From positions 960,001-1,024,000 of the forward strand of contig OZ242029.1 in assembly GCA_965205015.1 (NCBI GenBank): DNA of 64,000 nucleotides, read 5' to 3'. The number at the start of each line of letters is the position of its first letter. The stretch's first letter is position 1. The position numbers were made by a program, and so were the translations under genes. This stretch comes from Candidatus Poribacteria bacterium. GTDB lineage: Bacteria; Poribacteria; WGA-4E; WGA-3G. Below the pieces are notes generated by a model. It made no database searches. It had not been told where the DNA came from and saw only the letters and a program-made list of their open reading frames with translations. This document shows, piece after piece, positions 29,491 through 38,149 of this stretch.

Positions 29491-30182
29491 TTCAAGTTTA
29501 TTCCAAGTTCTTTGGCAACCTCCTCAAGCGTAAACATCTTACCGCCAGATTTTATGTACGCTTCTTCTCGTTTGAGTTCTTCAATGAATTCAGGACGCAA
29601 TTCCAGTCCTTCGTCCGGGTCATAATCATAATCCTCAAGAAACTGCTCAAGTTCCAGATAGCAGACAAAAAACTCCCAGAATTCCGAGCGTACCTGTGTT
29701 ATGATTTCACTTGTTTGTCCCATATTTATTAACTTAACGAGTCGTTCCCGTGAGGCAAAAAGTTTTAGATTTGTGACGCTATCTACAAAAGCACGGAAGT
29801 CAGTAATTGACAACTCGGTAACCTTTATTTCTGGCTGCGGGTCGGTGAGGAGTGCTCCACCCATTTTTCGGGCGATGCGTCCGTCGGGCGATGTCTTCCG
29901 AACTGATTCAACTTTAGCTACACGGTGTCTCAGATGGACGAATATATCTTGGGTCTCCAATACGGAAAGGACATAATTCTCGTGATATTCCAACCCGAAT
30001 GCTAAACCACAGTAACCGTTGAAAAATTCACGGAACTCGCGTTCAAGTGATTCGTGGGAATTATCCGTCGCAAGTAATGCAATTAGTTTTTCACGAGATG
30101 TAAAGAGCAAACCATCTACAATTTGTTCACGGAGCCAATCACGAAACTGCTCCGGTGTCATGTCCCTTATTTCTCTTATCAT
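29478..30182 (-). CDS. Putative antitoxin, unusually long with internal duplication
   Basis: Acidic C-terminus DPDEGLELRPEFIEEL...TLEEVAKELG overlaps the relE start; start at MIREIRD. Confidence 0.68.
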   Translation of the reverse strand: MIREIRDMTPEQFRDWLREQIVDGLLFTSREKLIALLATDNSHESLEREFREFFNGYCGLAFGLEYHENYVLSVLETQDIFVHLRHRVAKVESVRKTSPDGRIARKMGGALLTDPQPEIKVTELSITDFRAFVDSVTNLKLFASRERLVKLINMGQTSEIITQVRSEFWEFFVCYLELEQFLEDYDYDPDEGLELRPEFIEELKREEAYIKSGGKMFTLEEVAKELGINLKCMN

Positions 30183-30267
30183 TTTGGGTTCTCCCGTTAT
30201 ACAAAAACGGCAGGTGCGACCTGAAACCTTTCGGCTAAAGTCCGAATGTGTGTGACCGTGCCAAAGG

Positions 30268-31656
30268 CTATGCTTCTGCGAATTGTGGTCTGCCGAGGGC
30301 ATCCGTTCTGCCTTGGCGTTTATAGTGAGGCAAGTGTCCACCTGCATCCGCCAAGATCCGCTCTTTTGCAAGGGCGATCCGATCGGCACCTTGGTCAGCG
30401 ATGTTATGCTGACAGGCGACATCTGCTTCAAGGTCAAAGAGCCGGACATCCTGATCGAAGTCGACGCTGGAGAAATACCAACTCCTCGCATCCTTATACC
30501 AAACGGAGTTGACATAGCGACAGGTCAGGTATTCGCGCGACGTCCAACCGCCTTCCCCTTCAACGATCGGAAGCAAACTCTGTCCTTGAATCTCGCCAGC
30601 GGGTTCAACCTGGCTTGCTGCCATAACGGTGGCAGGCACATCAAGCGTATAAACGAATTCATCGCAAGTTGTGCCAGCGTTTACGCCAGACGGGTGACTC
30701 ACCATCATAGGAATATCCATCGTGCCGGGGTACATAAAGTTCGCCGGTTTTCCAGTGGCTTTGTCCGGATTCTCTGCGAAGTTCGTGCCGTGGTCTGCGA
30801 GGAAAATGATGAGTGTGTTCTCACGTAGTCCAAGCCGATCAATGGTATCTACCAACCTGCCAAACCAAGTATCCACAAGCGTTACCAAGCCAGCGTAGTT
30901 GGCTTTAACGCTCGGCAACCGTTCCTCAAGTTCCGCATCGTTGAGTGAACCGTAGGGGAGGTTGAGACAGATAGGTTCGCGGTCTTCGCGCTTACCGTAG
31001 AGATCGTAGTAGTGGATGGGTGCTTCCCACGTTTCGTGGGGCGTGAAACTATCTACATAAAGATAAAACGGCGTATTCTGATGATTGTGTTCAACGAATT
31101 CAATTGCGGAGCGGAATAACCTCGCAGCGTGCCACATCTCCTCTGGACGTTCAGGCTGGACGTTCACAATATGGGCACGGATACGTTCCGGATTGCCTCG
31201 ATAGCGGGACACCAGCGCAGGATCGGCGTGAGCAGCCCCGCGGTACCTGTCTTCGGCTTGACCTCTGACGAATTCCCACTGTCGGAATCCACGCGTGAAA
31301 TTCATGCCCGGCACAAAATAGTGTGGTACATCGGCGAAGAAGCCGGTATGATACCCGTTCTGGACAAGCGATTCAGCAATCGCGGGTTCATCGGAAGACA
31401 TGGGCTGCCAACCCGGAGTATAAACGTTGTCCCAGGGCACAGGGGTATAGGCACTGAATGGATAGGCACGTCTACCGGTGTGTAAAGTGCGGCGCGTTGG
31501 GATCGTCGGTAAGCATTCTGGGTGCGCGTTCGTAAATCTGACGCTCTGTTCGGCAAATCTCGCTAAATTTGGCGTATGGATCCAATCGTTGCCATAAGGA
31601 CTGAGATATGCGGTTCGTAATGTATCCGAAACAACGACGACTATGTTCCAACTCAT
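30268..31656 (-). CDS. Sulfatase/alkaline-phosphatase superfamily hydrolase with Thr at the nucleophile position
   Basis: DTLR, TPNL, TIPTRRTLHTGR, PHE, ADHG. Confidence 0.85.
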   Translation of the reverse strand: MSWNIVVVVSDTLRTAYLSPYGNDWIHTPNLARFAEQSVRFTNAHPECLPTIPTRRTLHTGRRAYPFSAYTPVPWDNVYTPGWQPMSSDEPAIAESLVQNGYHTGFFADVPHYFVPGMNFTRGFRQWEFVRGQAEDRYRGAAHADPALVSRYRGNPERIRAHIVNVQPERPEEMWHAARLFRSAIEFVEHNHQNTPFYLYVDSFTPHETWEAPIHYYDLYGKREDREPICLNLPYGSLNDAELEERLPSVKANYAGLVTLVDTWFGRLVDTIDRLGLRENTLIIFLADHGTNFAENPDKATGKPANFMYPGTMDIPMMVSHPSGVNAGTTCDEFVYTLDVPATVMAASQVEPAGEIQGQSLLPIVEGEGGWTSREYLTCRYVNSVWYKDARSWYFSSVDFDQDVRLFDLEADVACQHNIADQGADRIALAKERILADAGGHLPHYKRQGRTDALGRPQFAEA

Positions 31657-31742
31657 TTTTTAATTTTCCTTGCGGTTCGGTTAGGTGAGTTCTGGTTAAT
31701 TAGTTCTTTTCCGTAGATCCGCCTTCCACTATGTTCCAAGCT
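31657..31742 (-). repeat. Conserved ~90-nt leader repeat
   Basis: Ends CCGCAAGGAAAATTAAAAA-ATG; homologous to 6359-6447. Confidence 0.75.
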
Positions 31743-32061
31743 ACACGCTTTGGTTATTGGTAGATGCGGAATAATCGAAAACGAGGACATCCTCAACAAG
31801 TGGGCGGATGTGTTCGCCCGCGACTTGGCGGTGAAAGGGGTGTGGCAGATACGCGTCACGTGCCGCTTCGTCTGTAAAACGCACGATAAAACCGTATGCG
31901 TATCCCTGGCTTTTACCTTCAGGACTGTTGTTCGTGCCAGCAGTTATGGATTCAATGCCGGGAATTTCATCAGCCATTCCCAATAGGGCATTGGACAAAG
32001 TTTCCAACTGCCCCGCGGTAACATCCGATTTTAACTTCAGTAGAACGATGTGTTCAACCAT
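31741..32061 (-). CDS. Dabb (stress-responsive A/B barrel) family protein
   Basis: MVEHIVLLK, IPGI, G.N.SPE, Y..HP.H, LVFDY; GGAGG SD. Confidence 0.88.
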   Translation of the reverse strand: MVEHIVLLKLKSDVTAGQLETLSNALLGMADEIPGIESITAGTNNSPEGKSQGYAYGFIVRFTDEAARDAYLPHPFHRQVAGEHIRPLVEDVLVFDYSASTNNQSV

Positions 32062-32316
32062 TCTTTTAATTATGACCTCCTGGGCTGCCCTCCACTCTGT
32101 TCCGGGCAGGTTTTCGGTTAATTCGCGCCTGGGTCGGGACCTTTTAAGTCTCAAGAGAAGAACTTTAAAAACGGGACGATCCCCTTCTGGCTCCGCGCAA
32201 ATTCATTTTGTTTGGTAAATTGAGAAAAATTATTATATAATCATAAGTATGACACAAATGTTGTTTTTTTTCAAGTTTCAAGAGGTTCGCAAACGCATGA
32301 CAAAGGAGTATAAAAA

Positions 32317-32907
32317 ATGAAACTGACTTATGTTTGTATTGCAGCACTCTGTATCGCAGTTGCACTAAGTGCCTTCGCTGCCGATCCAGTAGTCGTCACA
32401 GAAATCAAGGATAACAAGGGCGGGATTTATAAAGCCGTCGAGTTGGAAGAGGGTGGAAAATTTTTCCACGATAGGGACTATACGATTACGAATATCCCGA
32501 AAGACTTTCTTGGACTCACACAAGTCTCTACGTCAGCAGACTGCCCGGGCGGACAGGAATACCGACTCACATTTGAAATCGACCGGCCGGCTTATATCTA
32601 CCAAGCCTGGGATAGCCGACATACACGTCCGGAAGACCGCGGACAGGATCCGAAAGGCTGGTTCACAAAGGGATATACGGATACCGAAGAAATCCTCATG
32701 TTGGATGCGCCACACGCTCCAACCGAGTATTTTATCTACAAATCCAATGAACCGCATCCGAAAGGAATGGTGGAATTGCTCGGTATTGATGAAGTCATCG
32801 GAGACCCGGTCCTCATGTGGACGATCTTCCTCGAAGAAGGTGTGCTTCCGGTTGACCCAGCTGGAAGTCTAACGACAACGTGGGGTGAAATCAAATCGGA
32901 TCAGTAG
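32317..32907 (+). CDS. Exported hypothetical protein with C-terminal LTTTWGEIK motif
   Basis: Signal peptide, AAGGAG SD, non-LamG body. Confidence 0.8.
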   Translation: MKLTYVCIAALCIAVALSAFAADPVVVTEIKDNKGGIYKAVELEEGGKFFHDRDYTITNIPKDFLGLTQVSTSADCPGGQEYRLTFEIDRPAYIYQAWDSRHTRPEDRGQDPKGWFTKGYTDTEEILMLDAPHAPTEYFIYKSNEPHPKGMVELLGIDEVIGDPVLMWTIFLEEGVLPVDPAGSLTTTWGEIKSDQ

Positions 32908-32930
32908 TGCTATCAGTCAAACCACATTGT

Positions 32931-32962
32931 AAAACAAGCGGGCTTCTCAGCCCGCTTGTTTT
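32931..32962. terminator. Bidirectional rho-independent terminator
   Basis: AAAACAAGCGGGCT-tctc-AGCCCGCTTGTTTT perfect stem with T/A tails between convergent genes. Confidence 0.88.
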
Positions 32963-33061
32963 ATTTATGGATTCGATATAAAATTTTTGCGGATGGCACG
33001 ATCCTCCTCCGGGATTGGGAGAAAATCATCACCAAACCCCGTGCCAGTAAACCGGAAAAAA

Positions 33062-33415
33062 TTAATAGATAATACACACACCACCGGCACAGGCACTCCC
33101 TGGCTTCTGCGTCACATCACCAGCGACACTGTCAGCCTCGCCTGCCTCAAACTCAGCAACGATCGACAGCGTTTCCGCTGCCGGCTCGGATAGACTGAGT
33201 TGGAGTGTATCACTCTGCGTGAAAGTCACCGTGCATCCTGTCATCTGAAAAAGGGCAATCAAGATGCAGAAGAGAACGAAAATGGCTTTCGGAACCCCTC
33301 GGAACCCCTCGGAACTCTTCAAGAAAGAGGTTTTCTGGTGAAGTGATATCTCTGGCCGATCACGACGCAAGCCGCGTGTGGACTTGCGGGACAATGCTAT
33401 AAAAATGTGTTTCAT
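33062..33415 (-). CDS. Small putative lipoprotein ending CAGGVC
   Basis: Starts 2 nt after the DUF362 stop; hydrophobic stretch then MTGC lipobox-like; start uncertain. Confidence 0.55.
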   Translation of the reverse strand: MKHIFIALSRKSTRGLRRDRPEISLHQKTSFLKSSEGFRGVPKAIFVLFCILIALFQMTGCTVTFTQSDTLQLSLSEPAAETLSIVAEFEAGEADSVAGDVTQKPGSACAGGVCIIY

Positions 33416-33417
33416 TG

Positions 33418-34545
33418 TTAAACCTCAATGCTCCGAAGCTCGGCTTGGTCAAGTGTATTTGTGCCTAAACCGAGCCCACTTGCTGTGTTGATATGGTTTG
33501 CTAATTTAGATACGGAATCCAACTCCATCTCCTCGCGCTTCTGGTTGACAGTCTGAAGGACAAGGACATCGAGAAGCACTGGATCTGTACTGACAAAGAG
33601 ACTGTTATATTTCCACGTGCTTTCGGCGTGATATGTCGGTCCTCGATCAAAAGAGGCGACCAACCCATCAACGATATTCAGGACAAGTTTATCCTTTAAA
33701 ACTTTATGCTCCAGAATCTCAGCGATAGCCGGGTTGCAATAAATCGGCTTTGCATGGAACCGACGTGTGTTATCAACACTGCCAAACGCGAGGTTCTTTA
33801 AACACCCACTGACACCCGCCATTTCATGGTGTTTCAAAACAGGAACATTAATCAATACATCAACATGCTGCGTAACGATTCGGGAATACCGGGAGCGAGT
33901 GCTTTCGTTCTCTCGGCGGTTAACACTGTCTTTTTCACTCTCGTAAAACACCTCGTCATCATACCCAATCCCCTCTGTGTCAGAGGCAAAAGTCTGCACT
34001 TCCCCCTCGTCTTGCTTGATGGGGTACCCAGCGTTCAAGAGGTGGCTTTCAAATCGGTCCCAGATAATAATTTGTTTTTTGAGAACACCCGCGCCGTATA
34101 CCCCCTCAACGATCTTATCAACAATGATAGGATGTGTGCTGAGTTCTGGTCCACCGAGTGGGTTAATTTTTATGCCAACGATGTCGTCGGGTAGGACAAT
34201 ATCCCGCCACGCTTCTTTCGCGGAGGCACGTCCAGTGAACTTCATCATCGCCTGATCGAGTAATTCACTGACAGCATCTTCATCGAGCCGATCGCCATCC
34301 CAGACGTTTTCACTGACAGCCTCAACAACAGGCGTCAGGGGTGTTGTTGTCGTGGTATCGGGCTGTGACTGCCCACTACTCAGCTGCGCGAACGCCGGAA
34401 GTGCACTCAGCGCGCCACCGATGCCGCCAACACCCGTAGCAAGCCGGGTTAAGAATTGTCGGCGGTCAAGTGCATCTCGGTGCCGCGCAGCTTCTTCGCT
34501 GTCGGCGATAATCTCTTCTATAACGGTGTCGCAAGGTTTCATCAA
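33418..34545 (-). CDS. Tat-exported DUF362 domain protein
   Basis: DRRQFL twin-arginine; VGIKIN, INVPVLKHH, SGCLKNL, DPVLLD. Confidence 0.85.
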   Translation of the reverse strand: MMKPCDTVIEEIIADSEEAARHRDALDRRQFLTRLATGVGGIGGALSALPAFAQLSSGQSQPDTTTTTPLTPVVEAVSENVWDGDRLDEDAVSELLDQAMMKFTGRASAKEAWRDIVLPDDIVGIKINPLGGPELSTHPIIVDKIVEGVYGAGVLKKQIIIWDRFESHLLNAGYPIKQDEGEVQTFASDTEGIGYDDEVFYESEKDSVNRRENESTRSRYSRIVTQHVDVLINVPVLKHHEMAGVSGCLKNLAFGSVDNTRRFHAKPIYCNPAIAEILEHKVLKDKLVLNIVDGLVASFDRGPTYHAESTWKYNSLFVSTDPVLLDVLVLQTVNQKREEMELDSVSKLANHINTASGLGLGTNTLDQAELRSIEV

Positions 34546-35723
34546 AGTTTCCCCAATTCCGTGAGAATCTGTGCTGTCGGCACACGGACAGCTACCCCGT
34601 CAATGGATTTCCAAGCGACTGTTCCGTCCTTACGAAGGACATAGGATGCAGGACGGGCTATCCTGTCGTTACCAGGATCCAAGACGTTGTAGGCATTGAT
34701 TACCGCTCTGTCCTTATCCGAGAGGACAGGGAATTCAAGTCCACTGCCTTGGACTGTCTTTTTGGTATCGCCTTCATCATCGGAACTGATAGCGATGAGT
34801 TCCGCGCCTGCCGCCCGAATTTTAGCATAGTTTTTTTGCAACTCTCCGAGTTGTCCTCTACAGAACGGTCACCAGCCGCCGCGGTAAAATACAAGCACTA
34901 CGTTCTTGTTTCCGACAGAATCAGCGAGTGCGTGCAATTTGCCATCACTATCCGGTAGTTCAAAGGCGGGTGCCTGACTTTCGAGACTCAAGCCTTGCCC
35001 CGGATCCAACTTCTCCGGTTCAGCCCGCCGAGTCAGTCGAACCCGTAGTTCCAATGTTTCCGCCGCAGGTATCGGATGCACGGGAACTTCGGTCTCTTCG
35101 TAACCCACATGTGCGATTGATAAGGTAAAGGCTTGCTCGACAGGGAGATTTTCAAAGGTGAAAACACCTGCTCCTGTTGTCAACGCCTCGTAAACTTTCC
35201 CGGCTTTCTCAGTGAGTTGGAGATGGACTTGAGAAATTGGGGCACCTGTCGCTGCGTCGGTTAGAATCCCCTGTAGATGCGAGACGGGTTGATCCAATAC
35301 CACCAGTGCGATTTTATCGAGTGAGATGCTCTGGTCGGCTGTGATGGTAACGTTCAGTTCCGTTGTTTGGTAACCCTTCGCTGAAATTTGGAGGGTGTAG
35401 TCTCCAAATTCAGTTTCCTTAAGACGATAAGTTCCAACCTCGCCTAAACTTGTGGTAGAGAGTTCGCCTTGAAACCCATCCACGGTCGCTCCTTTTGTGT
35501 ACCCTTTTGCAAATTCCATTTGCGCTATGAGTCGTCCTGCTTTTAACACCCGTACGTAGATGGTTTCGTCTCCGATTAATTCAATTTCGCCAGAGAACGC
35601 GCCTGTTGCTACGGTTTCAACCGTCAATGTATCTCCCGTCTCCTCAAGGGGGTTCTCTGTTCCACAATTTAACCCAGTGAGTAGCAAGAGTGCTAAAGCG
35701 AGACCTGCTTGTATCTGTTTCAT
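34542..35723 (-). CDS. Selenoprotein: lipoprotein with carboxypeptidase-regulatory-like domains fused to AhpC/TSA peroxiredoxin-like domain (UxxC)
   Basis: ORFs 34869-35723 and 34542-34841 are in frame; TGA 34869-34871 reads FYRGGW-U-PFCRGQL; 393 aa total. Confidence 0.85.
34839..34853 (-). promoter_or_regulatory. Candidate bacterial SECIS hairpin
   Basis: CAACTC-GGA-GAGTTG stem-loop 15 nt downstream of the in-frame UGA, G-containing loop. Confidence 0.65.
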
Positions 35724-35733
35724 TCTTTTGCCC

Positions 35734-36531
35734 CTATTGGCGTTTAATTCTGCCCCACGTCGTTGTCAACTTGTTCACGGGTTCAACCGCCGCGGCGGTT
35801 TCAACCCCGTTCTCCATAAGAAATTTCATATCTTCCTCTTCCAAAGCAACATTGAAGAGGGCAACATCGTCAATAATACCTTCAGTATATCGATCATAAT
35901 GTCGTGCGATGTGAAATACGCCTTCGCCGGTGCCGTATCCATCTTTTTTGTTGAAATCAATCTCGGCTTCCATCTCGCCATCCACCCATATTGAGGACTT
36001 GCCGCTGGAAGCATCCGCTCGTCCCGCGATGAAGTGCCACTTCTCGTCGGCGATAACAGTGGTGCCGTGGCAAGGGAAACTTGTTGACGCGCTATCGCGC
36101 AAATACAGACTCACGGTGTTCTTGGTTCCATTGTCCCAAAGAAGATACCACGGCAATACTTGCGATGTATCCTCATAGTTTTTACCGACGAGTGAGCCGC
36201 CAACCTTACTACCCTTGTAATAGAGGGTGATCGTGAACGAGACACCCGCCTTAAACCCGACAGTGTCTGAGTGCGGAACTTCAACCCAATTGCTGGCACC
36301 ATCAAATTCAAGTGCTTTTCCAAATTTCCCATCTACCCATTTTGCGCCGTGAATTTCACCATCGTTTCCGTGCTCTGACGAATCGGTGGCAACCCCACCT
36401 TTCCCTTCATCAAAAAGCCACATTCCCGTGATACTCTTTGGGTCAATCTCAGCAAAACTGGGGAGTGCCACGAATAAAAAGACCACCATAAAACTCGCGA
36501 GCGTTATTCGCACATTTTTAACTAAAAACAT
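35734..36531 (-). CDS. Exported LamG-like protein with C-terminal LTTTWGRIK motif
   Basis: WLFDEG, GKFGKALEFDG, WHFIAG, GIIDDVALFN. Confidence 0.9.
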   Translation of the reverse strand: MFLVKNVRITLASFMVVFLFVALPSFAEIDPKSITGMWLFDEGKGGVATDSSEHGNDGEIHGAKWVDGKFGKALEFDGASNWVEVPHSDTVGFKAGVSFTITLYYKGSKVGGSLVGKNYEDTSQVLPWYLLWDNGTKNTVSLYLRDSASTSFPCHGTTVIADEKWHFIAGRADASSGKSSIWVDGEMEAEIDFNKKDGYGTGEGVFHIARHYDRYTEGIIDDVALFNVALEEEDMKFLMENGVETAAAVEPVNKLTTTWGRIKRQ

Positions 36532-36819
36532 TAGCGTTCCTCCTTAGAACATCCGTCAGTTCACAACATAGAGGTGCAATTTTTATGCCATTCCATTTTC
36601 CATCTCAAGCGTGAGACTTCGCACGAAATGGGACAATTCTCGTCTCAGCGTGCACAAAAAGGGGCAATTGCGAACGGCTGAAATATCAGATACGCGTTCT
36701 CACTTCTATAGTATACCATTGATGGTAGCATTCTGTCAAATCGAAACGAACGTCACTTACCCCCATTTTTTTTCGAGAGTAGATTGTAGTTGATGCCATC
36801 AGGTTTGTATGCGAGAAAG

Positions 36820-37965
36820 TCAGTTTCCAAGGGTTTCCCAAGGCGGATCGCCCCTGGAATGTATCTGCGTGAAAAAGGAGATGAGAAAATGTTGGTTCCA
36901 TAAGTCGGTGAGCACGCGTTTGATAATAGTAATAACAGAAAAAGTTTTTCTGTTATTACTATTATGTGCCTTCTGCCAGTGTGTAGAGGCGACCTTCTCA
37001 TAACTGATAAACACCAATCCATAAGCCAAGCAGGCACACAGCCAGAGAACATCCAGACGCGTTTGTGTCGGTTTTTTCAAGACGAGTTTGCCAAAGCCGA
37101 AGCACGACTTTATATCTCGGAACCCGTGTTCAATCTGCATGCGTCTTTTGTAGCAGTGATGTATCTGATGTCCACTGAGGCGATTTGAGATAAGATACAT
37201 CGGGTCTTTAAAGGCACCGTCTCTGAGGATATAAAGTTGAAGCGGTATCTGCTCCTGCGACTGATAAAGGATATACGGATACCAGCCCGCTTCAAGGTCA
37301 TCAAGTTTCTTCAGACTCCCATCATGCCTGATACCGACATGCCTCGCAACACGCATCACGAACGCAATATCCCGTGCCTTGAGAAACTTGATGACGTATC
37401 GCGCACGCCCAAAACCACGGTCAAACACCAGAACAGGTCGTTGTTGATGCCGCGACACGACCCCTAAAGCCTCTTGATAAACATGAACACAGAAGTATTG
37501 GATGATTTCATTATGACTCTTATAGATACCCTCGTGAAGCTGTTGATCGCTATAGATGAACCAAAAGACAGGGATCGCACGATGCCGAAACGGGATCGAA
37601 ACAACAAGTGCTTTCCACCCGGCAATCAGAGACGTCTCATCAACGAGCAAATACAGATGAGCGTTGGCATCCTTGGAAAACCAACCTACAACCGACACAA
37701 ACCAAGCACGTTTCAGCGCATCCACAGGCAACGGGGTGTCAAGGAAACGCAGAAACCTTTTCTGTTTCGACTTTTCCCGCTTGACGACGAGCGACAAACG
37801 CGACGCAATTTCATTGATCCGAAACGTCGGGGCAACACTGATCGCTATCAAGACCAACACCAGATTCCGAAAAACCGGTTTTTTCATACCAACAGACTTG
37901 AAGATTTCTCCAAAACGTGCTATCATTGTTTCTGGATTTACCCGTTTTGGGTATCTCTTTTTCAT
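36820..37965 (-). CDS. IS4-family DDE transposase
   Basis: LVDET, FDRGF, Y-2-R-3-E-6-K signature (YKRRMQIEHGFRDIK). Confidence 0.92.
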   Translation of the reverse strand: MKKRYPKRVNPETMIARFGEIFKSVGMKKPVFRNLVLVLIAISVAPTFRINEIASRLSLVVKREKSKQKRFLRFLDTPLPVDALKRAWFVSVVGWFSKDANAHLYLLVDETSLIAGWKALVVSIPFRHRAIPVFWFIYSDQQLHEGIYKSHNEIIQYFCVHVYQEALGVVSRHQQRPVLVFDRGFGRARYVIKFLKARDIAFVMRVARHVGIRHDGSLKKLDDLEAGWYPYILYQSQEQIPLQLYILRDGAFKDPMYLISNRLSGHQIHHCYKRRMQIEHGFRDIKSCFGFGKLVLKKPTQTRLDVLWLCACLAYGLVFISYEKVASTHWQKAHNSNNRKTFSVITIIKRVLTDLWNQHFLISFFTQIHSRGDPPWETLGN

Positions 37966-38029
37966 AAAATACCTCCTTACATGTTTTGTAAACTCGATTA
38001 CAAACGGTTGCCGTAAGGAGGTATTTTAT
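37964..38029 (-). promoter_or_regulatory. RBS-sequestering hairpin of transposase mRNA
   Basis: 17-bp perfect inverted repeat ATAAAATACCTCCTTAC / GTAAGGAGGTATTTTAT covering the SD and part of the ATG. Confidence 0.78.
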
Positions 38030-38149
38030 CATAAACCCACTGACTTTCTCACACTTTTTACAACAAAAACCTTTCACCACAAACCTTCAGAAAAAAATGG
38101 GGGTAAGTGACGAAACGAACAGGTCTATTTCGGATTTCATGCGTCAGTT

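Larger units (their letters stand above)
36752..38111 (-). mobile_element. IS4-family insertion sequence, 1360 bp, intact
   Basis: Perfect 21-bp TIR GTCACTTACCCCCATTTTTTT; 9-bp direct repeat GAAACGAAC at 36743-36751 and 38112-38120. Confidence 0.93.

Noticed and set aside
29478-30515. 345-aa version of the antitoxin ORF, and similar N-terminal extensions at 1198, 8503, 19312 and 29324
   Set aside because: The extensions overlap neighbouring genes or promoter regions; downstream starts fit better.
34542-34871. Pseudogene or separate 99-aa AhpC gene
   Set aside because: The single TGA sits at the catalytic Cys position with an intact frame and a downstream hairpin; selenocysteine is the simpler explanation.
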